Origin: an uncultured delta proteobacterium
GTDB taxonomy: Bacteria; Myxococcota_A; Polyangia; Fen-1088
Assembly: GCA_963755125.1 (NCBI GenBank)
Contig: CAVWIP010000015.1
Location: 256,001 to 320,000, forward strand
Reading direction: 5' to 3'
DNA length: 64,000 nt
A program made the position numbers and the translations under genes. Under the pieces are notes generated by a model. That model saw nothing but the letters and a program-made list of their open reading frames with translations, ran no database searches and had not been told where the DNA came from. The stretch's first letter is position 1; the number at the start of each line of letters is the position of its first letter. Positions 17,187-29,227 of the stretch are shown here, in pieces.

Positions 17187-18575
17187 GTGTCATCGTCATT
17201 CGGCCCAAATCGCGTTCTGGGCATGGCTACGCTCTTGGCCGTTGGCTCTCTGGGCTGTGAGTCTCATTCCAGCCACACAGCGGAAGGTGGAGTAGATGGC
17301 CCACAAAGTGTAGGCGGCGCATCTGGCATGGGCGCTGCGTTCGGCAGCGGCGGTGCATCTGGCCACGGTGGGGCGGTTGGTATTGGTGGAAATACGGGTG
17401 GTTCGACTGCAGCGTTCGGGACAGGTGGTCTACCCGGAACAAGCGGTGGACCCTCAACAGGTGGAGACCTTGGTCAAGCTGGTTCCCCGAGGGGCTCTGG
17501 TGGCAGAACCGGTGCCGGCGGAGGGGGAAACATCGGCACGGGGGGCAGCGTGAGCACTGGCGGCACCGTGACCACGGTTTCCGGAAGCGGTGGCTGCTGC
17601 TATGCCATCTACTGCCCCAGCGGTGACACGATGGTAACAACGTGCCCGACAGGTGCCTCCTGCTATGAATATACCGCCTGCGGTTGCAACCAAGTTCTGT
17701 GCACGGCTGGTGGCGGAAGTGGTGGCACGGGAGGGGCTTCATCGAGTGGCACCCCCGACGGAGGCACGTTGGACTCCGCGCCCCACGATATGGCGACAGA
17801 CGTACGCGCCGCTCAGGGCGGAGACACCGGCGGGACTGAAGCGCGGGACGCATTCGCTGCAGAGGCCGCGCAAGTTATCGGAATTCCGATTTACGTGGAC
17901 CCTTCGGCATCGCCTTCTACTTGGGCGCAAGTAACGGGTGCCGCACCCACTGTGGCGCTGCTTGTCGCCAACCCCGATAGCGGCCCAGGCGTCTCGGTTC
18001 AAGTCTCATACACACAGGCAATCACTGCCGCGCATGCCGTTGGACAGATAGTCGTCGGCTACGTCCACACCTCCTATGGGGCGCGCAACATTGCGCAGGT
18101 GGAGGCCGATGTGGACGCCTGGTACTCCTTCTATCCGATGATCGATGGCATATTCTCGGATGAGACGTCGACGGATGACGGGACCATAGCGCTCTACTAC
18201 CAGCCGCTGTTTCAGTATGTGAAGAGCAAGACCGGCGGTCAGCGCCTCGTCGTGATTAACCCCGGAACAATGATCGATGAATCATTTATGGCCGTGGCGG
18301 ATATCGTCGTCACATTCGAAGATACGTATGCACACTACACCGACGGAAGTTATCCCGTGAACCCATTGTGGATGGCCGGGTACTCTCGCTGGCGCTTTTG
18401 GCACCTCGTACTCTCAGCGACTACGGCTGCCGACATGCAGAACGCGATCTCCATCGCACGCCAACGTAATGTCGGGTATGTGTACGTCACCGACCAGCCG
18501 CCCACAACAGCGTACTCACAGATAGTGAACGGCGTGTACTGGCAGACCGAAATTGTTGTCACAGCGGCACCATAG
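17187..18575 (+). CDS. spherulation-specific family 4 (spherulin-4/GH135-like) lipoprotein with Gly-rich stalk
   Basis: SLGC lipobox, IPIYVDP, NPDSGPG, VGYVHTSYGAR, IDGIFSDE, NPGT, ADIVVTFE. Confidence 0.85.
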   Translation: MSSSFGPNRVLGMATLLAVGSLGCESHSSHTAEGGVDGPQSVGGASGMGAAFGSGGASGHGGAVGIGGNTGGSTAAFGTGGLPGTSGGPSTGGDLGQAGSPRGSGGRTGAGGGGNIGTGGSVSTGGTVTTVSGSGGCCYAIYCPSGDTMVTTCPTGASCYEYTACGCNQVLCTAGGGSGGTGGASSSGTPDGGTLDSAPHDMATDVRAAQGGDTGGTEARDAFAAEAAQVIGIPIYVDPSASPSTWAQVTGAAPTVALLVANPDSGPGVSVQVSYTQAITAAHAVGQIVVGYVHTSYGARNIAQVEADVDAWYSFYPMIDGIFSDETSTDDGTIALYYQPLFQYVKSKTGGQRLVVINPGTMIDESFMAVADIVVTFEDTYAHYTDGSYPVNPLWMAGYSRWRFWHLVLSATTAADMQNAISIARQRNVGYVYVTDQPPTTAYSQIVNGVYWQTEIVVTAAP

Positions 18576-18589
18576 CTTGACAGCTTGGA

Positions 18590-19266
18590 GATCATTGCAC
18601 CGAGGCGCTGGGACCACCGCAGGCATGACCAGCACCACCGGAGAAACCACTCCACCGTCGGAAACACAGGTGGAGGAGGCATGACCAGCGCCACTGAAGG
18701 TATCACCAGCTATGCGGGCGCAACCGGGACCACTGGAGGTGCTACCGGCATTGGAGGCGCTGGCGGCGCCAGTACGACCAGCAAGAGCATCGGTGCGGGT
18801 GGGATGCTGGCGACAGGTGGTGTCGTCGGCATTGCAGGCAACGGCGGAACGTGGAACACGCTCCCGGCGGTTGGCGGCACCCTGGGCGCAGGGGGAGCCT
18901 CCTCGGGAGGATCGTCTGCTGGCGGAAGTTCGGGTTCCATGGGTGGCGCGAGAGGGGGGTACATCGGGGACGGACGCCTGCGCCAACCTGAGTTACGACT
19001 ACTGTGTCTCGGAATGCCTCGCGGAGGCGGTGTTAGTCGACAACCCGACGTGTGCCAACGGTGCCTGGAGTTGCCGCTCGGGCTACGTCCTTGCGAGCAG
19101 TTGTCCCCCGCAGGCGTGCGGCGTGACACCGGACGCTTGCTGCGATTTGACGACCGGAATCGTTACCAGTAGTCCTTGCATGGCCGACGGATACCGTGGA
19201 AAGCTGTATGACACCGCCGACAGCCAGTATGGCAAGCACTCCAAGCTACGCAGAGGTGGCCCCTGA
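18590..19266 (+). pseudogene. frameshifted Gly-rich/Cys-rich protein remnant
   Basis: The Gly/Thr-rich stalk and the Cys-rich domain (CANLSYDYCVSEC..) lie in different frames, with a shift near the G run at about 18955. No signal peptide. Confidence 0.6.
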
Positions 19267-19275
19267 CCTTCAGTC

Positions 19276-19800
19276 ATGCCTTCCAACTCTAGTTTCTTCG
19301 TCTACACCGACGCGACTGGCGTCGATGTGGTGGTGCAACATCTCGCGGACGTTCCAGCACAGTACCGCGCGCAGGCCAGACAGCTTGACCTGTCAAAGCC
19401 GGCCAAGACCGTGTCAGCGGGGCGCGGTGGGCGCGACGATTCGACCCAAGGATCGGCATCGCCCATGCCGGCTGCGGTCGACGGGAAGCAGGGAGTCTCG
19501 GCGAACTTCCACGGACCGTCGTTCGCCATGGGGGTCGTCACGGCTATCTCCGTCGGGCTGGTGATCTGGCTCGCCTCGCGCCGGACAGGCCGCATCCTCT
19601 CTCTCGCCTTCGGTCTTCTGATCCTGGCAGTGCTCGGCCTGGGCTACCTGGCCTACCTTCGCCAGCAGGTTGGATTACGGCCAGCAGGACTCACAACGCC
19701 GGCCGTGCTCATCGACGACGCTCGCAGCGCGGCTGGTACCGTTGACAAGCGCTACCAGGAACAGGAGCGCGAGATGCGCGAAATCGAGAAGAATCAGTAG
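19276..19800 (+). CDS. membrane protein
   Basis: FVYTDATG..VPAQYR N-terminal motif and two TM helices. Confidence 0.65.
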   Translation: MPSNSSFFVYTDATGVDVVVQHLADVPAQYRAQARQLDLSKPAKTVSAGRGGRDDSTQGSASPMPAAVDGKQGVSANFHGPSFAMGVVTAISVGLVIWLASRRTGRILSLAFGLLILAVLGLGYLAYLRQQVGLRPAGLTTPAVLIDDARSAAGTVDKRYQEQEREMREIEKNQ

Positions 19801-19937
19801 CGCACAGGGTGATCTTGTCCAGGTTGCCAATGATGTGAATACGGCGCGCTACGGGGGTGCCTGGGTGTTCTTCATGCCTATGAACCTGCGTCGTACATAC
19901 CAGCGGGGGGCAGGTTAATGTTCTTGCCGGTGCTTCG

Positions 19938-20207
19938 TCAAGGCGAAGGCCAAGGAACCTCGCAGGTTGTGGTGCAGAGCACCCTGCTGCCTTGCGGGTA
20001 GTTGCAGACTTGGATGCCACCGAGGTCCCAGGAGCCTAGCGGACAAGAAGGGCAACCGCCTGCGTCCGTCGGGTTCCCGTTGACGTCCAGGCGCATGCCG
20101 TTCAGTGGACCTAGATCACATTGCTCGCCATGATCTAGGTTGAGAATGCCATCACCACAGCAGGGTATTCTTCCCGCATCACTGTGCCTGACATCCTGTT
20201 CCTTCAT
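19938..20207 (-). pseudogene. in-frame fusion of the MKEQDVR leader start to the C-terminal Cys module (collapsed operon copy 3)
   Basis: MKEQDVR|HSDAGRIPCCGDGILNLDHGEQCDLGPLNG. The signal peptide is lost. Confidence 0.7.
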
Positions 20208-20679
20208 GACCCAGGGAACATGGTACCGCTTTTTCGGGTGCAGGGAATGTGGGAAGCGGTGGACGCACCAAGCCAAGGTAGCTTGGAACGCGTTGTCAAA
20301 CGCTGGTACGGGCTGCGGCTCAAAGAAACCGCCATCTGACCAGGTGTAAATGCAGACAACCTTGGTCTCCAGGTACCGAAGATGCTCGTTCCGTGAGCAT
20401 CGCCAATCCCGTCGGATTCACGACGTCGATGCAGGCCACCGGAACCTGCCAAACAAGCCAGGCCGATTTCGACATGAACATCGAAATCGCCGGCGACTTT
20501 GGTGGGGGCTGCGAGTTCTGGTACCATTACCAGTGGAATCCGTAGCGGCTGCTCCCCGTTGATGTGTGCCAGCTCTGCCGTTGTCCGCTGTTCCTTCAGA
20601 TAGCCCTCTCCGTGATTCTTTTTGATCAGTAGGCTAAAGGATTGGCACCGTCCTTCGATAGTCAAGGGGCAGAGCAGCT

Positions 20680-21273
20680 ATGCGCTGGACGAGACTACTG
20701 GCCGCTACGACCGGCACTGCTGTGCTTGTCGCGGCAGTGCTAGTCGGCTGTGCTGTTGGGGTGCGCCGCAATTTCGCCAAGACTCCACCCAGTGAGGTCA
20801 TCTTCGACGACCAGTGCCATCTGCAGGACTATTTCGACGATCTTGCACGCGGGCGAGATAAGCCACCCGCGCTAGTTCGGTCCGACGAGATTCAGACCAG
20901 CGCCAGCGAGAAGACCTTGGGCGGCCGGAGCGCCTACCTTTTCGGGGAGAACACCAGCTTGCCCGCGCTGCGGCGCTTGCTAGTCGAGAATTGGAAACCG
21001 CTCCCGGCTGCCGTGACGGCTGCCTCGCAGATCGAGGTGGAGGTGCGCTGGTGCGACAAGGTCGGCACACGATGGGTGGTGAGCGACGAGAACGTCACGC
21101 TGCACGCTGCCGGAAAAACGGTCGCTCTGGCCCCACATCCCTGCCTGACTGCCTTTCTCTTCGGGCAAGCCCTTTACGAACGGCGCCGCGAGTTGGTCGG
21201 ATTGCCCCCTGTGTCCATGCCTCAAGCCACACTGCCCGATGCGGGTGCGGCCGATCTCATCACGTCTGACTGA
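20680..21273 (+). CDS. lipoprotein, hypothetical
   Basis: VLVGC lipobox and a coherent ORF. Confidence 0.7.
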   Translation: MRWTRLLAATTGTAVLVAAVLVGCAVGVRRNFAKTPPSEVIFDDQCHLQDYFDDLARGRDKPPALVRSDEIQTSASEKTLGGRSAYLFGENTSLPALRRLLVENWKPLPAAVTAASQIEVEVRWCDKVGTRWVVSDENVTLHAAGKTVALAPHPCLTAFLFGQALYERRRELVGLPPVSMPQATLPDAGAADLITSD

Positions 21274-21369
21274 CTGGCCGCGATCCGTTGAAGGTGGCCA
21301 CCGGAAACCTGGTTCACGTGGCGAACGGGCGGGAACAGGCTTGGTCATTTCCCGCGCCATCAGATATTC

Positions 21370-21438
21370 GCTGTTGATGCGCGCGAGTTCATCGAGGATG
21401 GTGCGCGGGCTGTTGCCCAGGCCGGCCCGCCTCTGCCG
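21370..21438 (-). mobile_element. IS1634-like transposase C-terminal sliver
   Basis: RAGLGNSPRTILDELARINS resembles IS1634-family C-termini (from recall). Confidence 0.45.
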
Positions 21439-21447
21439 CAATGAGAG

Positions 21448-23061
21448 CTACTGGGCCAAAAGGCAATCGCTCGAACAGGCGTCGCCAGCCACTCCGTTGT
21501 TGATGCCGTCGTCGCACACCTCGCCCCCGTCGAGAATGCCGTCGCCACAGCGTGGAATCGTGCAGTCGGTCCGGCACAAACTGGGAGTTGCGTACGCCTT
21601 GATGTCGATGGGGACGGTCAGATCCAGGTTGACGACCGAACTCGATCCCTGAATCCACGTCCAGCTGGTGATCCCGCTCAAGAACGCCGGCGAAACCAGC
21701 ACTTCCCATGAGCCTGGAATGGAAAAGCCGGTCAGCACGCCGCCGTCGGTGTTTCCCTTGAAACTCCATTTACCGGCGGCCGTGGTTGCGGAAGTCATGA
21801 CCAATTCGCCCGGATCGTCCGATACCGCAACCGCGCTTCCCACCGGCAACCCGCTGAACAGCATCTGGACTCTTGATGCCGGCTGCTGTTCCGAGGTGGT
21901 GCTGGCGTCGACGCCGTGCTCGACTATCAAACTGAGAGCGGTAGCCGTGCGGTCTAGGTAAAGCAAGATCAAACTGGTGTCCAGCTTCTCAAGGCCCGTG
22001 TGGCCGCTCGCAGAGACGTAGTCGTAGAAGTTCGTGCTGGACGCGACCTCCGCGTAGGGCGCGACGGCGAACACCAGATTGTCTTGGGTGACGACGAAGG
22101 CCGGTCGGTCCGCGTTGGCCGCGCCAAGGTCGCATTGTTCGCCAGGTTCCACGACGCCATTGCCACAGACCGCCTGCCCACCGCTGGCTCCGCCTGACGT
22201 CGTACCGCCGCCACCAAGTCCGCCGGCACCGCCCACGCCAACCCCGCCGGTTCCACCGATAGCGCCGCCTCCGCCCAGGCTGCTGGTTCCACCACTACTT
22301 CCACCTGATGTCGTGCCGCCGCCACCAGGTCCGCCGGCACCGCCCACGCCAACCCCGCCGGTTCCACCGATAGCACCGCCTCCGCCCAGGCTGCTGGTCC
22401 CGCCACTACCTCCGCCTGATGTGGTGCCGCCACCACCGGGTCCGCCGGTCCCATCAATGCCACCGCCTCCGCCCAGGCTGCTGGCGCCGCTGCTCCCGCC
22501 ACCTGAGGTCGCGTCGCTGCCGCCCAAACCCCGTCCTCCCGTGGGACCAGTTCCCAAGGTGCCTCCCAACACGCCGCCGTCGCCACGACCACCTCGGCCA
22601 GCCGAGGCGCCGCCACTCACTCCGCCGGTTCCGCTTCCTCCAAAGGAGCCGCCCAAAGTCGCGCCCCCGCTTCCAGTAGTGCCTCCCACGCCACGACCGC
22701 CTGCTCCGGCGAGTCCACCACCACTGTTTCGGCCCCCGCTTGCGGCGATTCCGCTACCTCCAATGGCGCCGCCGCCAGTATTCTTTACTCCGCCTATGCC
22801 ACCCCTACCGGATTCGCCTGCGCCACCTGTTCCACCCTCGGAACTGCCCCCAAGATTCTGCGTCCCAGCCGTGATCCCGCCGAACCCACCGCTGGCACCT
22901 GCCTGACCCGATGCTGACGCCGACTGTTCCTCCATCTGCGTCCGTGCGCAGGCAAGCGTCGCTAACGACACCACCACACCGATTGCCAACCATTGATATT
23001 GACACCCCGCAAGCCTGCCAGCCGCAACTTGCGTCACATCTTGCAAAGGCGATCGCTTCAT
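21448..23061 (-). CDS. Gly-rich stalked lipoprotein with DUF4215-like repeats flanking a beta domain
   Basis: TLAC lipobox, long Gly stalk containing a 111-bp tandem repeat (about 22190-22480), CGNGVVEPGEQCD and CGDGILDGGEVCDDG. Confidence 0.85.
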   Translation of the reverse strand: MKRSPLQDVTQVAAGRLAGCQYQWLAIGVVVSLATLACARTQMEEQSASASGQAGASGGFGGITAGTQNLGGSSEGGTGGAGESGRGGIGGVKNTGGGAIGGSGIAASGGRNSGGGLAGAGGRGVGGTTGSGGATLGGSFGGSGTGGVSGGASAGRGGRGDGGVLGGTLGTGPTGGRGLGGSDATSGGGSSGASSLGGGGGIDGTGGPGGGGTTSGGGSGGTSSLGGGGAIGGTGGVGVGGAGGPGGGGTTSGGSSGGTSSLGGGGAIGGTGGVGVGGAGGLGGGGTTSGGASGGQAVCGNGVVEPGEQCDLGAANADRPAFVVTQDNLVFAVAPYAEVASSTNFYDYVSASGHTGLEKLDTSLILLYLDRTATALSLIVEHGVDASTTSEQQPASRVQMLFSGLPVGSAVAVSDDPGELVMTSATTAAGKWSFKGNTDGGVLTGFSIPGSWEVLVSPAFLSGITSWTWIQGSSSVVNLDLTVPIDIKAYATPSLCRTDCTIPRCGDGILDGGEVCDDGINNGVAGDACSSDCLLAQ

Positions 23062-23291
23062 GTCGTCTGTCCTGTACGGAGATATCGTTGGGTTTCCCTA
23101 TGCCCATCCCAACTCCCCGCCAGAACAAGTTTGGAGTCTTGCGCCTGCACATGCAACCTCCGCAAGATTGCTCGATCCATTCGCCTTGCCCTGACTCGCC
23201 GCGTGGCCCAAACGAGATGATGGGGTTTCGGCCTGAAGTCGCATCTGCCGCGAGTACGGCTTTTCGGATTTCGGGGGCTTACGATCATGCA

Positions 23292-24347
23292 TCAAAAGCT
23301 GCAAGTATCGACGCAGCTGCCAGCCGGCAGCTTCCCGGTCATGACCTGATAATGATTGGAAATCTGAGTTTGGCTCAGCAGGAAGTTGTAGATGGCCACC
23401 TTGCCAATGGCGCCTTGGAACCAGCAGTCCAAGGCCATAGTTCCGATATTGAGCGCGCTGTTGTTGGCTATTGGAACGACATTGTACTGACTCATGCAAC
23501 CAGTTTGCCCGTGAAAGGAGTGATTCCATTGTACGCCGTTGACCCAGATGTTGATGGAACCTGGGTACGATGCCGCGTTGACACAATCCGAAGGCTGGCT
23601 CAACGTCGTGTATTCACCGACCACGTGATACCACTGTCCAGCCTGAATTAGCCCCGCCGCCGGTTGCCAGTCCGCAGCCGATCCGAGGCCAGCACTGGGA
23701 TTGAAGACGTAGGCGGAAATTCGATTGGGTCGATTCGGGCTCTCGGTGGTATTCGTGTCGTACATCCTGGCTTCCCATTCGCACGTGGGACCATATTGTT
23801 CACACTTGCCCATCCAGTCGACGTATCCGCTCGATCCGTCATCGTGGGGAAACTGGAGCACGTCGGGCCTGATCCAACCCTCCCAGGTCAAATTGCCGGT
23901 GGTGGGGATCGACATGGAGGCGTTCGACGGAATGGTCAAGTACTGGGAGGCGCCATCGAAATCCCCCGCTCGATCGCCGTTCGGCATCGAAACAGGAGAT
24001 GGCGTGCCGCTCTTGTAGGTGCCGGTGTTATTATTGCCGGAGAGATCGGGCTCACTGCCGGACAGGGACTGGTTGATCGCCCAGTATGCTACTGGATGGT
24101 CGCAGAGAACGACCTGATCATAGGTGTTGGTAGTGCCGCACGTGGACCTGCTATTGCCCATGGCGCTCGAACCACCTGAGGCAGCTGTGCCGCCGATACT
24201 AGTCGTGCCCGCAGCTCCGCCTGCATGCCCTCCGGTGCCGGAAGCCGCCTTGTTGTTGCTGGTGCAAGCAGCTAGCGGGGTGAAGGACAGCAGACACGAA
24301 ATTGCAGCCAAAGAATGGTTCGCGTCCATGGTCGCTCCGTCAACCAT
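23292..24347 (-). CDS. LamG/concanavalin A-like domain lipoprotein
   Basis: LAAC lipobox, PVAYW, FDGASQY, TWEGWIRP, GQWYHVVG, IGKVAIYNFLLS. Confidence 0.82.
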   Translation of the reverse strand: MVDGATMDANHSLAAISCLLSFTPLAACTSNNKAASGTGGHAGGAAGTTSIGGTAASGGSSAMGNSRSTCGTTNTYDQVVLCDHPVAYWAINQSLSGSEPDLSGNNNTGTYKSGTPSPVSMPNGDRAGDFDGASQYLTIPSNASMSIPTTGNLTWEGWIRPDVLQFPHDDGSSGYVDWMGKCEQYGPTCEWEARMYDTNTTESPNRPNRISAYVFNPSAGLGSAADWQPAAGLIQAGQWYHVVGEYTTLSQPSDCVNAASYPGSINIWVNGVQWNHSFHGQTGCMSQYNVVPIANNSALNIGTMALDCWFQGAIGKVAIYNFLLSQTQISNHYQVMTGKLPAGSCVDTCSF

Positions 24348-24634
24348 TCTATCCGGAGTCTCGGCGTCGCAACCGATGATCTGCGGGTGCTTCTCGCTCA
24401 GTCCGGTTCGCTACGGAACGCGGCCCCCCCTTGCGCACATGCACCCACGGTCATCCATCCACCGGGGGACAGGTATGTCGGCGGTTGAACGATTCTGGGG
24501 CCGGAATTCAGGCCGGCTGTCCAGCTTGAATCGGGAGGCACGAGCGCCTCATCTACTTGGTCAGTTTCGTACCTGGGACGCAGATGGCTACAGTCACTGC
24601 CGTGTACAGAAAGCGATATTGCTCGGCATCGATT

Positions 24635-25681
24635 TCAGTTGACTATTTGGCCACAATCGGCAAAGGCCAGTGTCGTGTCGACACGGAAATTGGACTGGGT
24701 GGTGTGCCTTTCCGCATTGAAGACGGCCAAGGGATAGATGTTGCCTACCTTGATTCCCAGCTGGCTGGCTTGGGCGTCAAGATTCACGGTCTCGGTTTCC
24801 TGGACATGAATCCCGCCCAGATCGATGACCAGCTGGTTGTTTATGTAGACCCACACGTCGTCATCCCCTTGGAACGTGAATGTCTCTCCGCCGTTGTAGG
24901 TGAACGACGTGTGAATCTCTGTCGTGAAACTGAAATTGTGGTTCTCGCCCTGGTTACCGAAACCCTCATTATCGAGTGGAAAGTAAGATGAATCTGGAAC
25001 TCCCTGGTTGTTGATGGATGCAGCAAAGGTCACCACGTTGCCGTTGGGAACGAAGTGCAGACCAACTATATACGTCATGTTCACACCGGGCACATCGTTG
25101 TACCACTGGTTGAAATCGGCCTGCCCCGTCGTCGTAGGGGTCGTGCCACCAGGATGCGCATAGACTGGCTTTTCATCCGCACCTAGCGTCGTGGTTACAA
25201 TTCCCCGATCATCTTGCGGGGTAGGCGACTGGAAATCTGGTTGACCCCCCGGCGTGGTACCCATCTTAAAATCGCGCACCACGCCGTAGAGCCCACTGCA
25301 GATGCTGGGAGTTCCCATACCGGACCCACCAGAACCGCTTCCAGCGTCCGGTGTGGAGGCTCCACTGGTCGAAATAAGCTGAGGTCCAAGCGCATACGCG
25401 CCATAAGACACGTTGGTCACGTTCACATAGCCCGCAGGAGGCCAGACTGCGCCTGTTCCCGTCGCGCTGCCGGGGTTCGTGCTAGTACCTTGGCCACCAG
25501 CCACCCCCGTGATGATGGGAGCAGACGAGCCTGGTGAGCTACCACCCGTACCGCCCGCTCCCATGAGACTGGAGCCGACTGGCACGGGCCCGCCGCACGC
25601 CAGGACAGTGAATGCAGCGCCGATCACAGAGGCAAGAGGCCAGGTTCGATTCAATCGGCTGGGGTTTCGCATGCGGTTCAT
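24635..25681 (-). CDS. fibro-slime (PA14) domain lipoprotein
   Basis: VRDF, FNQWY.D, YFPLD, NHNFSFTTEIHTSFTYNGGETFTFQGDDDVWVYIN..DLGGIH..AERHTTQSNFR. Confidence 0.92.
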   Translation of the reverse strand: MNRMRNPSRLNRTWPLASVIGAAFTVLACGGPVPVGSSLMGAGGTGGSSPGSSAPIITGVAGGQGTSTNPGSATGTGAVWPPAGYVNVTNVSYGAYALGPQLISTSGASTPDAGSGSGGSGMGTPSICSGLYGVVRDFKMGTTPGGQPDFQSPTPQDDRGIVTTTLGADEKPVYAHPGGTTPTTTGQADFNQWYNDVPGVNMTYIVGLHFVPNGNVVTFAASINNQGVPDSSYFPLDNEGFGNQGENHNFSFTTEIHTSFTYNGGETFTFQGDDDVWVYINNQLVIDLGGIHVQETETVNLDAQASQLGIKVGNIYPLAVFNAERHTTQSNFRVDTTLAFADCGQIVN

Positions 25682-25943
25682 GCTGCTCTCCTTCCGGCAT
25701 TCAGCCAAAGCCCGCTCCCACCGAAGGTGGCAGGATCGGTACAAGGTTCCCGCAGGAACCTACTTTGCAAGGTTACTCCGCTGCAGTACCCGAACAAGTG
25801 CGCAAGTGTGGCACGACTGGATTTGTGATGCACCCGGTCGACACACTGGTGCCGATCGCAGCGAAAACGCGGCTTCTTCGCGATCATCTCCACTTATCGT
25901 TTCTGGCTGCATGCGGCGACATTCCAGACCTTTGCGGAAGCTG

Positions 25944-28310
<2,367 letters not shown>

Positions 28311-28385
28311 GTGCTGCCTTGCCGTGAAATGTAGCTTGCTGTGGGGCGCGGGCAAGGCGGCTTCAGTTGGCGCCTCCTGCTGTCG

Positions 28386-29162
28386 ATGCTTAGATATGCG
28401 GGTTCACCCGTGCGTATTTCCCTATCATCGCTGTCTGGCCGCCGTTGCACTGCCACTGCAGGCAATCCAGTCGCTTGCCGGGACGGAGAGACCGGCGCGG
28501 TTCTCGTCATCGTCATGCTGGCCATCATCGGGCTGCTCGGGATCGGCTTGGCAGGCGTGTTCCTCACCGGGGGCAATGTCCAGCTTGCCTCCAACTCCAA
28601 CATACGCAACCAGGCCCTGTACGTGGCCGAGGCTGGTCTCGAACGAGCCCGCGATATCTTGAATGGCCCGACCCCGCCCAATTTCCCAGCCATGCTGGGC
28701 GGCACCGGGCACGTGGCCTATCCGGCAGACGAGATACCAAGCGCGTCGCACGGTTGCGGCCAGCCGGGCGGCCGAGGCGCCATTCTGCTAGATGCGTCCG
28801 GTGTTCCCCTGTACAACCTAACCTATCCGTCCGCCGTGTCCCGTGCTGAGCCCCTGCCGGACAACCCCAACGGAGCGCCCAACACCTACATGGGCAGCTA
28901 CACCGTCTACGTTCGTAACGATACCGCCGAATGCCGGAAGGGCCAGTACGTGACCGACACCAACCAGATGGTGGTGCTGCGGTCCGAGGGAACCGCTTTC
29001 GACAACAGGACGGTGGTGGTTCTCGAGGTCGTCATGGGAATTGCGGGTGGGGGCGCGACGAGTTCGAGCGGAGCCGGTGGTGTCAATCAGGTCCTGTGCA
29101 ACTCGGGCAAGAACTCCTGCGACGATAACAATTCCGTCCTCAACGATATCGTCGTGAACTGA
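28386..29162 (+). CDS. PilX N-terminal domain pilus assembly protein (start uncertain)
   Basis: [33 protein letters not shown]. Confidence 0.75.
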   Translation: MLRYAGSPVRISLSSLSGRRCTATAGNPVACRDGETGAVLVIVMLAIIGLLGIGLAGVFLTGGNVQLASNSNIRNQALYVAEAGLERARDILNGPTPPNFPAMLGGTGHVAYPADEIPSASHGCGQPGGRGAILLDASGVPLYNLTYPSAVSRAEPLPDNPNGAPNTYMGSYTVYVRNDTAECRKGQYVTDTNQMVVLRSEGTAFDNRTVVVLEVVMGIAGGGATSSSGAGGVNQVLCNSGKNSCDDNNSVLNDIVVN

Positions 29163-29227
29163 CGTGGCGCCCGGTCCAGCGCGCGTCCGTCCGGCGTGGG
29201 CCGTGGTATGAAGAAGCTGCGTTCTGC

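Noticed and set aside
4360..19940. Integron cassette array
   Set aside because: The spacers lack the RYYYAAC...GTTRRRY paired attC structure, the integrase shows no IntI-specific insertion I can recognise, and the genes are paralogs of each other.
20310..20665. Protein-coding gene in the 20204-20665 ORF
   Set aside because: No recognisable domain, and the ORF runs into the repeated operon 5' block. Probably decayed sequence.
22079..22906. Pro-rich 275-aa ORF on the + strand
   Set aside because: It is the antisense shadow of the Gly-rich stalk of 21448-23061.
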